25,764 bases of DNA from an uncultured Candidatus Babeliaceae bacterium (GTDB lineage Bacteria; Babelota; Babeliae; Babelales; Babelaceae): assembly GCA_964638315.1 (NCBI GenBank), contig CAZWYO010000018.1:1-25764 (forward strand), in the 5' to 3' direction. The notes below the pieces were generated by a model. The model was not told the DNA's origin. It worked only from the letters and a program-made list of their open reading frames with translations, and did not search any database. The position numbers were made by a program, and so were the translations under genes. The first letter of the stretch is position 1; each line of letters starts with the position of its first letter. Positions 1-7,975 of the stretch are shown here, one piece after another.

Positions 1-47
1 ACCGAAACCCAGATGATATACAAAATTCCTTAATTAAGGGGTGCTCA

Positions 48-362
48 ATGTGGGCTATAAGTTTATATAACGGAAAAAACTCAAACTCCGCTCGTCACAA
101 AATTGGATATTTTGAGAAAGCCGGTTTTATACATGACCATAACAATATGCTATATTTAGCATACATCGCATATGAAAGAAGTTACATTTATTCCGCACAC
201 CCTGAGCTTGTCGAAGGGTTTCTCGGGTGCGGAACGTGTGTGAATTTTTTCGAATTAACCGCACATTCAGACCCTTCGACAAGCTCAGGGTGTGCGGAGT
301 TTGATACTCTTGAAAACCGTAAAAATGTTAAAAAACTTTTTGCATTTGGTGTAAGGAGCTGA
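48..362 (+). pseudogene. Degraded ORF whose centre is entirely a palindromic repeat insertion; possible remnant of a toxin partner for the downstream antitoxin fragment
   Basis: The ORF reads through repeat copy 1 at 198-298 (encoded peptide ...HPELVEGF...STSSGCAE...). It ends 3 nt before an antitoxin-like start, which is a toxin-antitoxin-like arrangement. No toxin motif was recognised. Confidence 0.2.
198..298. repeat. Composite nested palindromic repeat element, copy 1: motif M CACCCTGAGCTTGTCGAAGGG at 198-218 and its reverse complement at 272-292, each inside CCGCACA/TGTGCGG stems
   Basis: Inverted repeat read directly in the sequence. The same motif recurs at 1691-1711 and 25641-25661, with the reverse complement at 25716-25733. 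Confidence 0.8.
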
Positions 363-365
363 ACC

Positions 366-542
366 ATGAAAAAAGAATTTGAACTGAGCAGCGGCAATGT
401 TTTTGCTGATCTCAATCTACCAAACCCAGAAGAAGCTTTAACAAAAGCCGAACTTGCAAGACAGATTAATCGTGTTACTCTTCTTCTTCCCCCTGCTCTT
501 GACTCCGCCGGTACTCAACCGCCTCGTCACGCGCATGGATAA
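366..542 (+). pseudogene. Truncated HTH/XRE (HigA-like) antitoxin N-terminal fragment, 58 codons
   Basis: AAGGAG sits 7 nt before the ATG. The N-terminus MKKEFELSSGNVFADLNLPNPEEALTKAELARQI resembles the conserved N-terminal motif of XRE-family antitoxins. The HTH domain is missing and the reading frame runs into the convergent NUDIX gene. Confidence 0.4.
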
Positions 543-948
543 ATTGATTGATCATCGAAAGAAGGTGCCTGGCATTGTTGTACGTGAGCCGCTTAAGCGC
601 ATTGTTCACGTCCAACCAGGCAAAATCAACATGTTCTGATGAGAGCGCAACCTCATCGGTCGCAGCTTCGCCGACAAAAAAGGTTACATTTTTATCAACC
701 AGTTCACGCGCCTGTCCACGATAATAGTATGAGATAGTTTCGGAAAACCCCTTGATGGGCGAAACAACAAGACCGGTCTCTTCGCGTACCTCGCGCGAAG
801 CAGCCTCTTCAAGAGACTCACCTGCCTCTACCTTGCCCTTGGGAAGGTCCCAGTGGCCGCCAATATAGTGCAACAATAGATAGAGATACTTTCCCGTTTC
901 CGGGTCCCGGCGGTAGACCACAATCCCGGCAGACTGTTCTTTTTTCAT
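475..948 (-). CDS. NUDIX hydrolase (Nudix box GKVEAGESLEEAASREVREETGL)
   Basis: Nudix box GX5EX7REUXEEXGU is present. The ATG at 948 has GGGAGG upstream. The longer ORF to 1056 begins with TTG and was disfavoured. Confidence 0.8.
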   Translation of the reverse strand: MKKEQSAGIVVYRRDPETGKYLYLLLHYIGGHWDLPKGKVEAGESLEEAASREVREETGLVVSPIKGFSETISYYYRGQARELVDKNVTFFVGEAATDEVALSSEHVDFAWLDVNNALKRLTYNNARHLLSMINQFIHARDEAVEYRRSQEQGEEEE

Positions 949-1077
949 GTGCGCGATATCCTCCCTCACTAACCCCAGAATAAGCCGTCCGAATGCAAGA
1001 CCGACACGCGGACCAATAACGGTCCAACTTCTTATAGTATACCCCCAAATGGCCAAAGAAAAAAATAACTCCGCTCT

Positions 1078-1641
1078 CTACCTGTTCAACCAGCGCAAGA
1101 GGTCCTTAAATGCCGCAATACGATGGTCAAACTGTTCGCGCTCGCCGTTCTTTCTCAACTCAACAAATGTTCTGGTCTCCCCAAGCGGAACAAACATCGT
1201 GTCGAATGGTAAGGGGGGATTGACGGGGAAAACCTCAGGAAATACGATAGTCCCATCACACCGGCCCATAAAAACCTCGTACTGGTCGTCGCCATAAAAA
1301 TAAGCGAGATGGAGCTGGTAGTAGACGGGGTCCCCCTGATTGAGCAGCCGCTGCAAGCCATCAAACCCGATCCCCTTATATAAAAATTTGGTAAAGACCC
1401 CAGGAAAATTTTTGTAGCGCTCAAAATAGATTCCCGCATCATCAACAATGACCGGTCTTTTAAGCCGCCGCCACGCCTCTCTCCCCTTTTCTATCGCCAC
1501 AAAACGCTGGTCGGTGCTCTGCAGTTCGGGCAGCTCTTCGGCATATTGGATAAGCTTAACCTGTGGGGCATAGTGCTCAAAGAACTTGGCAACATCATCA
1601 AATTTGCCCTGGTTGCCGGTCGCATAAAAAATTTCGTACAT
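1078..1641 (-). CDS. rdgB: Non-canonical purine NTP pyrophosphatase, RdgB/Ham1 family (dITP/XTP pyrophosphatase)
   Basis: N-terminus MYEIFYATGNQGKFDD matches the ATGNxGK signature. The ATG at 1641 has AGGGA upstream. The ORF-track extension to 1806 only reads through repeat copy 2. Confidence 0.8.
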   Translation of the reverse strand: MYEIFYATGNQGKFDDVAKFFEHYAPQVKLIQYAEELPELQSTDQRFVAIEKGREAWRRLKRPVIVDDAGIYFERYKNFPGVFTKFLYKGIGFDGLQRLLNQGDPVYYQLHLAYFYGDDQYEVFMGRCDGTIVFPEVFPVNPPLPFDTMFVPLGETRTFVELRKNGEREQFDHRIAAFKDLLRWLNR

Positions 1642-1684
1642 CGTAATATCCCTAAAAAAAATTATCCACAAACTTTTACATAGA

Positions 1685-1847
1685 CCCGCACACCCTGAGC
1701 TTGTCGAAGGGTTTCCCGGGTGCGGACCATACAGAAAATTACTCAGATTTGCCGCACATTTAGACCCGGAGTTTATCCTGAGCGAAGTCGAAGGGACAGG
1801 CCCCATGCTTCGCCAAGGCTTCGCAGGGCTAGCGTCAGGGTGTGCGG
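1685..1847. repeat. Composite nested palindromic repeat element, copy 2: motif M at 1691-1711, second motif N GAGTTTATCCTGAGC at 1769-1783, terminal TCAGGGTGTGCGG
   Basis: Same CCGCACA...GGGTGCGG hairpin units as copy 1. The second unit is interrupted by the N-motif module also seen at 25544-25558. Confidence 0.75.
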
Positions 1848-1863
1848 ATTTTGAAATGCTAAC

Positions 1864-3207
1864 TTATTTGTCAAAGTTGGTATCCCTACTCCGCGCCTGT
1901 TTCAGCTGCGCCCAGTAGTCGAGCCGCTTCTGAATCTCTTTCTCAAACCCGTAAGCCCCCGGCTCATAAAAGACCGTCGTACTCACCCCATCGGGCAAAA
2001 AACTCTGCCCCGAAAAACACCCTTCTTCGTTATGATCATACCGGTACCCCGCGCCATACCCGATATTCTTCATCAACTTTGTGGGGGCATTACGAATGTG
2101 CAGCGGAACCGGGTCGTTGCGACTCTCACCAACCGCCCTTTTGGCCTTGCCCATCGCAATATAGACACTATTCGATTTTGGCGCGGTAGCCAGATAAATA
2201 ACGCACTGTGCCAATGCCACGTCACACTCAGGAAAACCCAAAAAGTGGACCGCCTGCTGCGCAGCCATCGCCTGCACGAGCGCTTGTGGGTCAGCGAGCC
2301 CAATATCCTCACTCGCAAAACGGATGAGCCGCCGTACGATGTAGAGCGGGTCAGCGCCCCCCTCAATCATGCGGGCGAGCCAGTAGAGCCCTGCCTGGAC
2401 GTCCGATCCGCGCAACGATTTGTGGAGTGCGGAGATAAGGTTGTAGTGCTCTTCCCCCTGTTTGTCATACGCCACATGCCGGCTGGTCATCGCCTCTTTG
2501 ATATTTTGTAGACCAATAACCCGTTTGCCCTCAACAAGGGGGGATGTCTGGACCGCGTACTCAAGGGCAGTCAGCGCGACGCGCGCATCACCATTTGCGT
2601 AGTTGACCAGCAGAGTTTTAGCATCTTCGTCAAGAGACGGATTACTGTTTAAGAGACCGTTTTCACCGTCGAGCAGGCACCGGTCAACAATCTGCGTAAC
2701 ATGTTCATCTTGGAGCGCATTAAGGATGCAGACCGTGCACCGGCTCAAGAGTGCAGAATTAATTTCGAATGACGGGTTTTCGGTGGTGGCACCGATAAGA
2801 ATGATGCTGCCACTCTCAAGCGGCTGCAGAAAAGCGTCCTGTTGGGCTTTGTTGAAGCGGTGAATCTCGTCCACAAAAAGAATAGTATTCTTGCCACCAG
2901 TCCGGATTCGCCCTTCGGCCTCTTCGATAATGGCTTTAATATCTTTGACCCCATTAAATACCGCGCTAAAAGCGACAAAGGGACGTTGCGTGAGATTGGC
3001 GATGACACCGGCCAGAGTAGTCTTGCCCGTGCCCGGCGGCCCCCAAAAGATATAGCTGCCAATAGAATCGTTAACGATAGCGCGGTAGAGCGGCTTATCG
3101 CTTGCAAGAATATGTTCTTGTCCAACGACATCTTCGAGGCGACGGGGTCGCATGCGTTGTGCAAGGGGCGGTTTATGTGCTTTAAAAAGGTATAATTGTG
3201 GATCCAT
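1864..3207 (-). CDS. rarA: Replication-associated recombination protein A (RarA/MgsA), AAA+ ATPase
   Basis: Walker A GPPGTGKTTLA, Walker B ILFVDEIHRFNK, and an N-terminus PLAQRMRP..L.DVVGQEHIL typical of RarA. Start set at MDPQ (3207) by length comparison with RarA. Confidence 0.85.
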   Translation of the reverse strand: MDPQLYLFKAHKPPLAQRMRPRRLEDVVGQEHILASDKPLYRAIVNDSIGSYIFWGPPGTGKTTLAGVIANLTQRPFVAFSAVFNGVKDIKAIIEEAEGRIRTGGKNTILFVDEIHRFNKAQQDAFLQPLESGSIILIGATTENPSFEINSALLSRCTVCILNALQDEHVTQIVDRCLLDGENGLLNSNPSLDEDAKTLLVNYANGDARVALTALEYAVQTSPLVEGKRVIGLQNIKEAMTSRHVAYDKQGEEHYNLISALHKSLRGSDVQAGLYWLARMIEGGADPLYIVRRLIRFASEDIGLADPQALVQAMAAQQAVHFLGFPECDVALAQCVIYLATAPKSNSVYIAMGKAKRAVGESRNDPVPLHIRNAPTKLMKNIGYGAGYRYDHNEEGCFSGQSFLPDGVSTTVFYEPGAYGFEKEIQKRLDYWAQLKQARSRDTNFDK

Positions 3208-3306
3208 GGTATTTATTGTACCACAATGGGAGTTTTGTGGGCAGGACAATTGCGCAGGTACTTACAACATTTTAGATGCAAATTGCCCCGCCAACTATCA
3301 TTCCAT

Positions 3307-4443
3307 CTATGCCGCAAGTTTGGCGAGTACCCGGGTGAGCTTATCCAGATCACCGTCCCCATCGCTCGCTCCAGGTTCTCCTGGGTGAGGCGGATAGTCA
3401 CCTGGTGGTGGAAGTTTAGGGGAAGGCGGATAGTCACCTATGTCTGGCGGAGTAAGTGGTTTCCCCCCAAACTTGGCTGGGACTCGCTCCAATTCTACCG
3501 GACTGGCGTCTTTAAGCTCCTTTTCCCCAAGGATTGTTTGCCAGTTTTTCAACCAGAGAGTTGGGCCATCATTTGACGGCTCAGTTGCTTCCACATCACA
3601 TGCTGCGCCGAGTAAAAGAGGAGCTACCTTTTTTTTGAGAAAGTCGGCAGGGATAACCTTGTATAAATCTCTAAAATAAAGCCTAGGAACACTTCCATCA
3701 CTTTCCACGTTTATATTCGTCGGAACCTGGTCAAACAATTCGCCGATTGACTGTTCGTCAAAAAGTCCCCATGTAACATTCTTATCAAAACGCTTCCAAG
3801 TTCCGTCAGTCTTAAAATATACATACACGGTGAAAAGATTTTCGTCCTTCTGCTGCTCCTTCTGCTTTTCAAACGTCTCAACAACACTCTTCTTTTGCTG
3901 TTCATGTAATTTCTTTGCTGCTTCATCAAGAAGCTTGATTTCATTCTGATCCGTTACAATTTTTTCCCCTGGTGGATTATACCCTACATACACAAGTCGG
4001 AGGTTGGGAAGTGCAGTTACATAGAACAATCGGTCAAACACTATCATGCCGCCCCACTTCACCAGCTCCTTCAAATTCTCCGCTCCATCAATACTTTTTA
4101 TTTGTGGGTCGATAACAAGAAAACCATCCTTAAGTTGCACATTGTTTTTGATCATGCCAAACAACTTCTTAAGCATAGCATCGCCGGGACGATCATGCGA
4201 CTCGCTAAGGGATTTCATCAAATAAAAAGTAACATTTGTCTTATCACTCCGTTCTAGCCACCCTTTTTCGGGATCCTTGGAGTAGACAGTCATGCTAAAA
4301 AGAACGTCTTTTTGTCTCTTTTCATCTACTGCTTGCTTTTTAAAAACTTCCAGAAATTTTTCCTCGGTCAATCCTGCCGCCTGCAGCACCACACCCGATG
4401 CACACAGCAGACAGCCCACAAAAATCACCCATATCTTCTTCAT
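3307..4443 (-). CDS. Secreted hypothetical protein with proline-rich C-terminal repeats (GDYPP x2)
   Basis: Signal peptide MKKIWVIFVGCLLCASGVVLQAAG. The DNA tandem repeat GGCGGATAGTCACCT at 3388-3440 encodes the C-terminal PPxGDYPP repeats. Confidence 0.6.
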   Translation of the reverse strand: MKKIWVIFVGCLLCASGVVLQAAGLTEEKFLEVFKKQAVDEKRQKDVLFSMTVYSKDPEKGWLERSDKTNVTFYLMKSLSESHDRPGDAMLKKLFGMIKNNVQLKDGFLVIDPQIKSIDGAENLKELVKWGGMIVFDRLFYVTALPNLRLVYVGYNPPGEKIVTDQNEIKLLDEAAKKLHEQQKKSVVETFEKQKEQQKDENLFTVYVYFKTDGTWKRFDKNVTWGLFDEQSIGELFDQVPTNINVESDGSVPRLYFRDLYKVIPADFLKKKVAPLLLGAACDVEATEPSNDGPTLWLKNWQTILGEKELKDASPVELERVPAKFGGKPLTPPDIGDYPPSPKLPPPGDYPPHPGEPGASDGDGDLDKLTRVLAKLAA

Positions 4444-4571
4444 CGCATCACTCCCATAGCATGAGAAACAACAGACGGCGCACGCATCTGACAGAATTGA
4501 CACGCCGCTCCAATCACTAGTCACGTTAGTGCAGCCTCGATTTTTTGTAAACGCATATTTCTACCCAACTA

Positions 4572-4580
4572 TGCTATACT
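4572..4580 (+). promoter_or_regulatory. Extended -10 element TGcTATACT upstream of the ABC-F gene
   Basis: TGn + TATACT lies about 50 nt upstream of the ATG at 4632. The same TATACTAG core occurs upstream of the SPFH gene. Confidence 0.3.
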
Positions 4581-4631
4581 AGTCAAAAGATCCCCACCTA
4601 CCAACTCTTTCGAATAACCTGCTACAATACC

Positions 4632-6524
4632 ATGATCAAAGCAACTGCAATCTCTCTCTCGTTCGGCGCACAGGCCATCTTCAAGGACGTCTCGTTTCTC
4701 ATAAACGGTCACGAAAAGATCGGGCTTGTCGGCCGCAATGGCGCCGGCAAAACAACCCTCCTCAAGGCCATCGCCGGCCAGCAGCCACTGACCGATGGGA
4801 CGATAACCATCGGACGCGACCTGACCTATGCCTACCTGCCACAAGAGGTCATCTTGCGGTCTGACAAACCGGTCATCATCGAGGCCCTCAACACATTTAA
4901 CAATCTCGGCGACTGCCTCGAAGAGACCGTCGTACTTGAGGACCGTATCGCCCATGATGTCACCATCGATAAAGCCGTCTTAGGAGCGCACCTGGTTGTC
5001 CTGCAACAGCGGCTGGTCGACGACCATCTGCGCGAGCATGAACAAGAGACCAAGACCATCCTCCGAGGGCTCGGGTTTAAAGATGCGCAGTTTAGGGTGC
5101 CCGTCACCCAGCTGAGCGTCGGCTGGAAGATGCGGCTCTCGCTTGCAAAATTGCTCTTGCAAAGAGCCGATTTTTATCTCTTTGATGAACCGACAAATCA
5201 CCTTGATCTTCCGGCAAAAGACTGGTTTTTGGACTTTTTACAGCGGGCAAAATTTGGGTATCTACTCGTCTCGCACAACCGCTACTTTCTCGACAACGCC
5301 TGCACCACCATTTACGACCTCTCGTGCGGATCGTTAAAAATCTACCAAGGCAACTACACAACTTTTCTCACCCAAAAAGAGCATAACCAGGCGCTGCTTG
5401 AAAAACAGTATATCGAACAGCAGAAATATATTAAAAAGCAGATGGAGACGATTCACCGCTTCCGCGCCTCAGCTTCGCGCGCATCGTTAGCGCAGAGCAT
5501 GCTTAAAGCTGTCCAGAAGATCGAACTGGTCGCTTTTGAACCGACACCCAAAACAGTGGCTTTCCATTTCCCGCCGGTAAAACCATCGGGACGTGAGGTG
5601 CTAACAATCGCCCATCTATCCGTCGCATTCGATAATAAACCGATATTTTCTGATGTCTCTTTTTTGATAAAACGGGGCCATAAAGTTGCTCTAATTGCAC
5701 CAAACGGGACCGGTAAGACTACTCTTCTGAATGCGATAGCCGAAAAACTAATTCCCGCCAAAGGCTCGATCACCTGGGGGCACAACGTGCGAACGGCATT
5801 TTTTGAGCAGAACCAAGAGCTGACGCTCGACCGGAACAAGACGGTTCTTGAGATCGCAACCGAGGCATGCCCAAACAGCCTGGCGCGGCAACACGTACGC
5901 GCGTATCTGGGTGCTTTTCTCTTTTCGGGCGACGACGTCGAAAAAAAGGTTGACGTGCTCAGCGGGGGAGAAAAAAACCGACTTGCAATGGTAAAAATTC
6001 TGTTGCAAGACGCCAACTTTTTGATGCTCGATGAACCGACCAACCACCTCGATCTGCAAGCACTCGAGGTCCTTCTGACGGCGCTCAAACAGTACACCGG
6101 TACGATCCTATTTGTTTCACACGAACGGGATTTTTTGAACCGGCTTGCAACCGATATTATCGAACTGACGCCAACCGGCGCGATAACCTATACCGGCAAC
6201 TATGATGATTATCTGCACTTTAAAGAGGTACAGCTGGCACCGCAAGGTGGGGCCAGCGATGCCGCTGCAAGTAACGCAAAAAAAGAGAAAGTGGTTGATA
6301 CCTCTCAGCGTGACCAGCACGAAAAACGCAAGCTTATCGGCAAGCTAGAAAACAAGATACGCAAGCTGGAACAAGAAAAAGAAGATCTCGTCAACCGACT
6401 CTACCAGATGACCTACGGCACCAAGGAGTATGCGGCTGCCTGCGAACGCCTAACAACCGTTGAGAAGGGTCTTGGCAAGGGGATGCAAGAGTGGGAAAAG
6501 CTGATGGAAGACGAGCAGGACTAA
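4632..6524 (+). CDS. ABC-F family ATPase (two ABC domains, no TM domain, C-terminal coiled coil; Uup/EttA-like)
   Basis: Two Walker A motifs (GRNGAGKTT, APNGTGKTT), two ABC signatures (LSVGWKMRL, LSGGEKNRL) and a C-terminal K/E-rich coiled coil. Confidence 0.85.
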   Translation: MIKATAISLSFGAQAIFKDVSFLINGHEKIGLVGRNGAGKTTLLKAIAGQQPLTDGTITIGRDLTYAYLPQEVILRSDKPVIIEALNTFNNLGDCLEETVVLEDRIAHDVTIDKAVLGAHLVVLQQRLVDDHLREHEQETKTILRGLGFKDAQFRVPVTQLSVGWKMRLSLAKLLLQRADFYLFDEPTNHLDLPAKDWFLDFLQRAKFGYLLVSHNRYFLDNACTTIYDLSCGSLKIYQGNYTTFLTQKEHNQALLEKQYIEQQKYIKKQMETIHRFRASASRASLAQSMLKAVQKIELVAFEPTPKTVAFHFPPVKPSGREVLTIAHLSVAFDNKPIFSDVSFLIKRGHKVALIAPNGTGKTTLLNAIAEKLIPAKGSITWGHNVRTAFFEQNQELTLDRNKTVLEIATEACPNSLARQHVRAYLGAFLFSGDDVEKKVDVLSGGEKNRLAMVKILLQDANFLMLDEPTNHLDLQALEVLLTALKQYTGTILFVSHERDFLNRLATDIIELTPTGAITYTGNYDDYLHFKEVQLAPQGGASDAAASNAKKEKVVDTSQRDQHEKRKLIGKLENKIRKLEQEKEDLVNRLYQMTYGTKEYAAACERLTTVEKGLGKGMQEWEKLMEDEQD

Positions 6525-7702
6525 AACCAGTCTTCCGGCTCTTCGAGCGACCGCCAACTCATGACGCGGCCTGCAGTACGTGACTGGTTTTCGTCGCCAC
6601 CGTAGATAACAATATTTTCTGAGCCATCTGTCTCAGCCAGCTTATTCCAATACCGGAGCTCATCAAAGTAGGCAGAATCAACGGTCCGACCGGATTTGAT
6701 CTCGATCGGCAAGAGCCTGTCGGCATATTCAACAACAATATCAATCTCATGCCCCTGCTTGTCCCGCCAAAAATAGAGCGGTGGACGCACGCCCCGATTG
6801 AAAAAATATTTGTGTATCTCGCTCACGACAAAAGACTCAAACAGCCCGCCACGCAGATAGTGTGTTGCAAGCTGGGCCGGGGCCGTTATGCGCAGTAAAG
6901 AGCACGCAAGCCCGGTATCGTAAAAATAGAGTTTGGGGGCTTTGATAAGCCGTTTACTAAAATTTTTGAAATGGGGCTGTGCGAGAAAAACAATAAAACT
7001 TGCCTCCAGAAGCGAGAGCCATGCGTTTGCAGTATTCACACTAATGCCGCAATCATTGGCGAGAGACGAAACATTAAGAAGCTCGCCGATGCGACCAGCG
7101 CAGAGGGCCAAAAAGTTCTGAAAAAGGCTCAGATCCTGAATATTCTGGATTAGTCGCACATCCCGCTCGACATACGTTGCAATGTAACTTGCGTACCAAT
7201 CTACCGGGTTACGATCATGTAAAAAGAGGCGGGGGTACATGCCGCGAAAGAGTGTCTCTTCAAGCCCCACTGTTCCATCACTTATGGCGGCACCACTAAG
7301 CTCTTCGAGCGAAAAGGGGAGCAGCGAGCAGATGGCAACACGACCAGCCAGGGTCTGTGTTATGGCAGAGTGAAGCAGAAAATTTTGCGAACCAGTGAGC
7401 ACAAAAAAACCCTGTTTCTGCTCAGCGTCCACAATGCCCTGAATGTAGGAAAGCAGATCTGGCACGCGTTGGATCTCATCAAATATCACCCCTGCGCCGG
7501 TCGTATAGGCCGCCAAAAAACCGCGTGCGTCGGTTTCGGCAAAGAGACGTGTATCCGTGTCTTCGAGAGAAACATAGGTGTAGGATGGGAATAGCATTTT
7601 TGATAACGTCGACTTGCCCGATTGGCGCGGACCAAACAATCCAATGACAGGGAACTGCGTACGCAGCTTCTCTATTTTTTGAGCAATTTTTCTTGCAATC
7701 AC
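6521..7702 (-). CDS. AAA+ ATPase with DUF4143-like C-terminal domain (COG1373-type predicted ATPase)
   Basis: Walker A GPRQSGKST near the N-terminus, with a length and architecture typical of AAA_14 + DUF4143 proteins. There is a 4-bp convergent overlap with the ABC-F stop. Confidence 0.75.
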   Translation of the reverse strand: MIARKIAQKIEKLRTQFPVIGLFGPRQSGKSTLSKMLFPSYTYVSLEDTDTRLFAETDARGFLAAYTTGAGVIFDEIQRVPDLLSYIQGIVDAEQKQGFFVLTGSQNFLLHSAITQTLAGRVAICSLLPFSLEELSGAAISDGTVGLEETLFRGMYPRLFLHDRNPVDWYASYIATYVERDVRLIQNIQDLSLFQNFLALCAGRIGELLNVSSLANDCGISVNTANAWLSLLEASFIVFLAQPHFKNFSKRLIKAPKLYFYDTGLACSLLRITAPAQLATHYLRGGLFESFVVSEIHKYFFNRGVRPPLYFWRDKQGHEIDIVVEYADRLLPIEIKSGRTVDSAYFDELRYWNKLAETDGSENIVIYGGDENQSRTAGRVMSWRSLEEPEDWF

Positions 7703-7759
7703 AACATACCTCTAAAAAACCTGGTTTAACCGCCATAAATATAGTGTAATCAAAAATTG

Positions 7760-7796
7760 GCCAAATTTGCATTTTGATTGCAAATTTGGCCAAAAC
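7760..7796. promoter_or_regulatory. Perfect 15-bp inverted repeat TTGGCCAAATTTGCA-(7)-TGCAAATTTGGCCAA in a divergent intergenic region
   Basis: Seen directly in the sequence. It lies between the divergent AAA ATPase gene (start 7702) and the ankyrin gene (start 7976), with no T-tract following, so it looks like an operator rather than a terminator. Confidence 0.4.
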
Positions 7797-7975
7797 TGTT
7801 GTTTAGCACGGTCTATTCGGTCAAATAACCAAAACGCAAACGGCCTGGAAATAACCTGACGCAAATTATTGTTACCACCAATTCCTATTTTGTATCATGG
7901 AGCTGGCGGCTTGTGTATCTGTCTATTTCAAACGTGATAGACATACAAAAAAAAACAAGTTCAAGAGGTGATGCT

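Noticed and set aside
48-362. 104-aa ORF taken as an intact protein
   Set aside because: Its central third is encoded by the palindromic repeat (HPELVEGF…STSSGCAE), which recurs in other ORFs. At best it is a disrupted remnant.
2032-2511. 159-aa plus-strand ORF inside rarA, plus similar antisense ORFs at 2073-2366, 2745-3164 and 2842-3195
   Set aside because: They lie fully antisense to a well-supported RarA CDS. They are shadow ORFs with no SD and low-complexity sequence.
5453-6097. 214-aa minus-strand ORF inside the ABC-F gene
   Set aside because: It is antisense to conserved ABC domains. The protein is Ser/Arg-rich and of low complexity, and it has no independent start signals.
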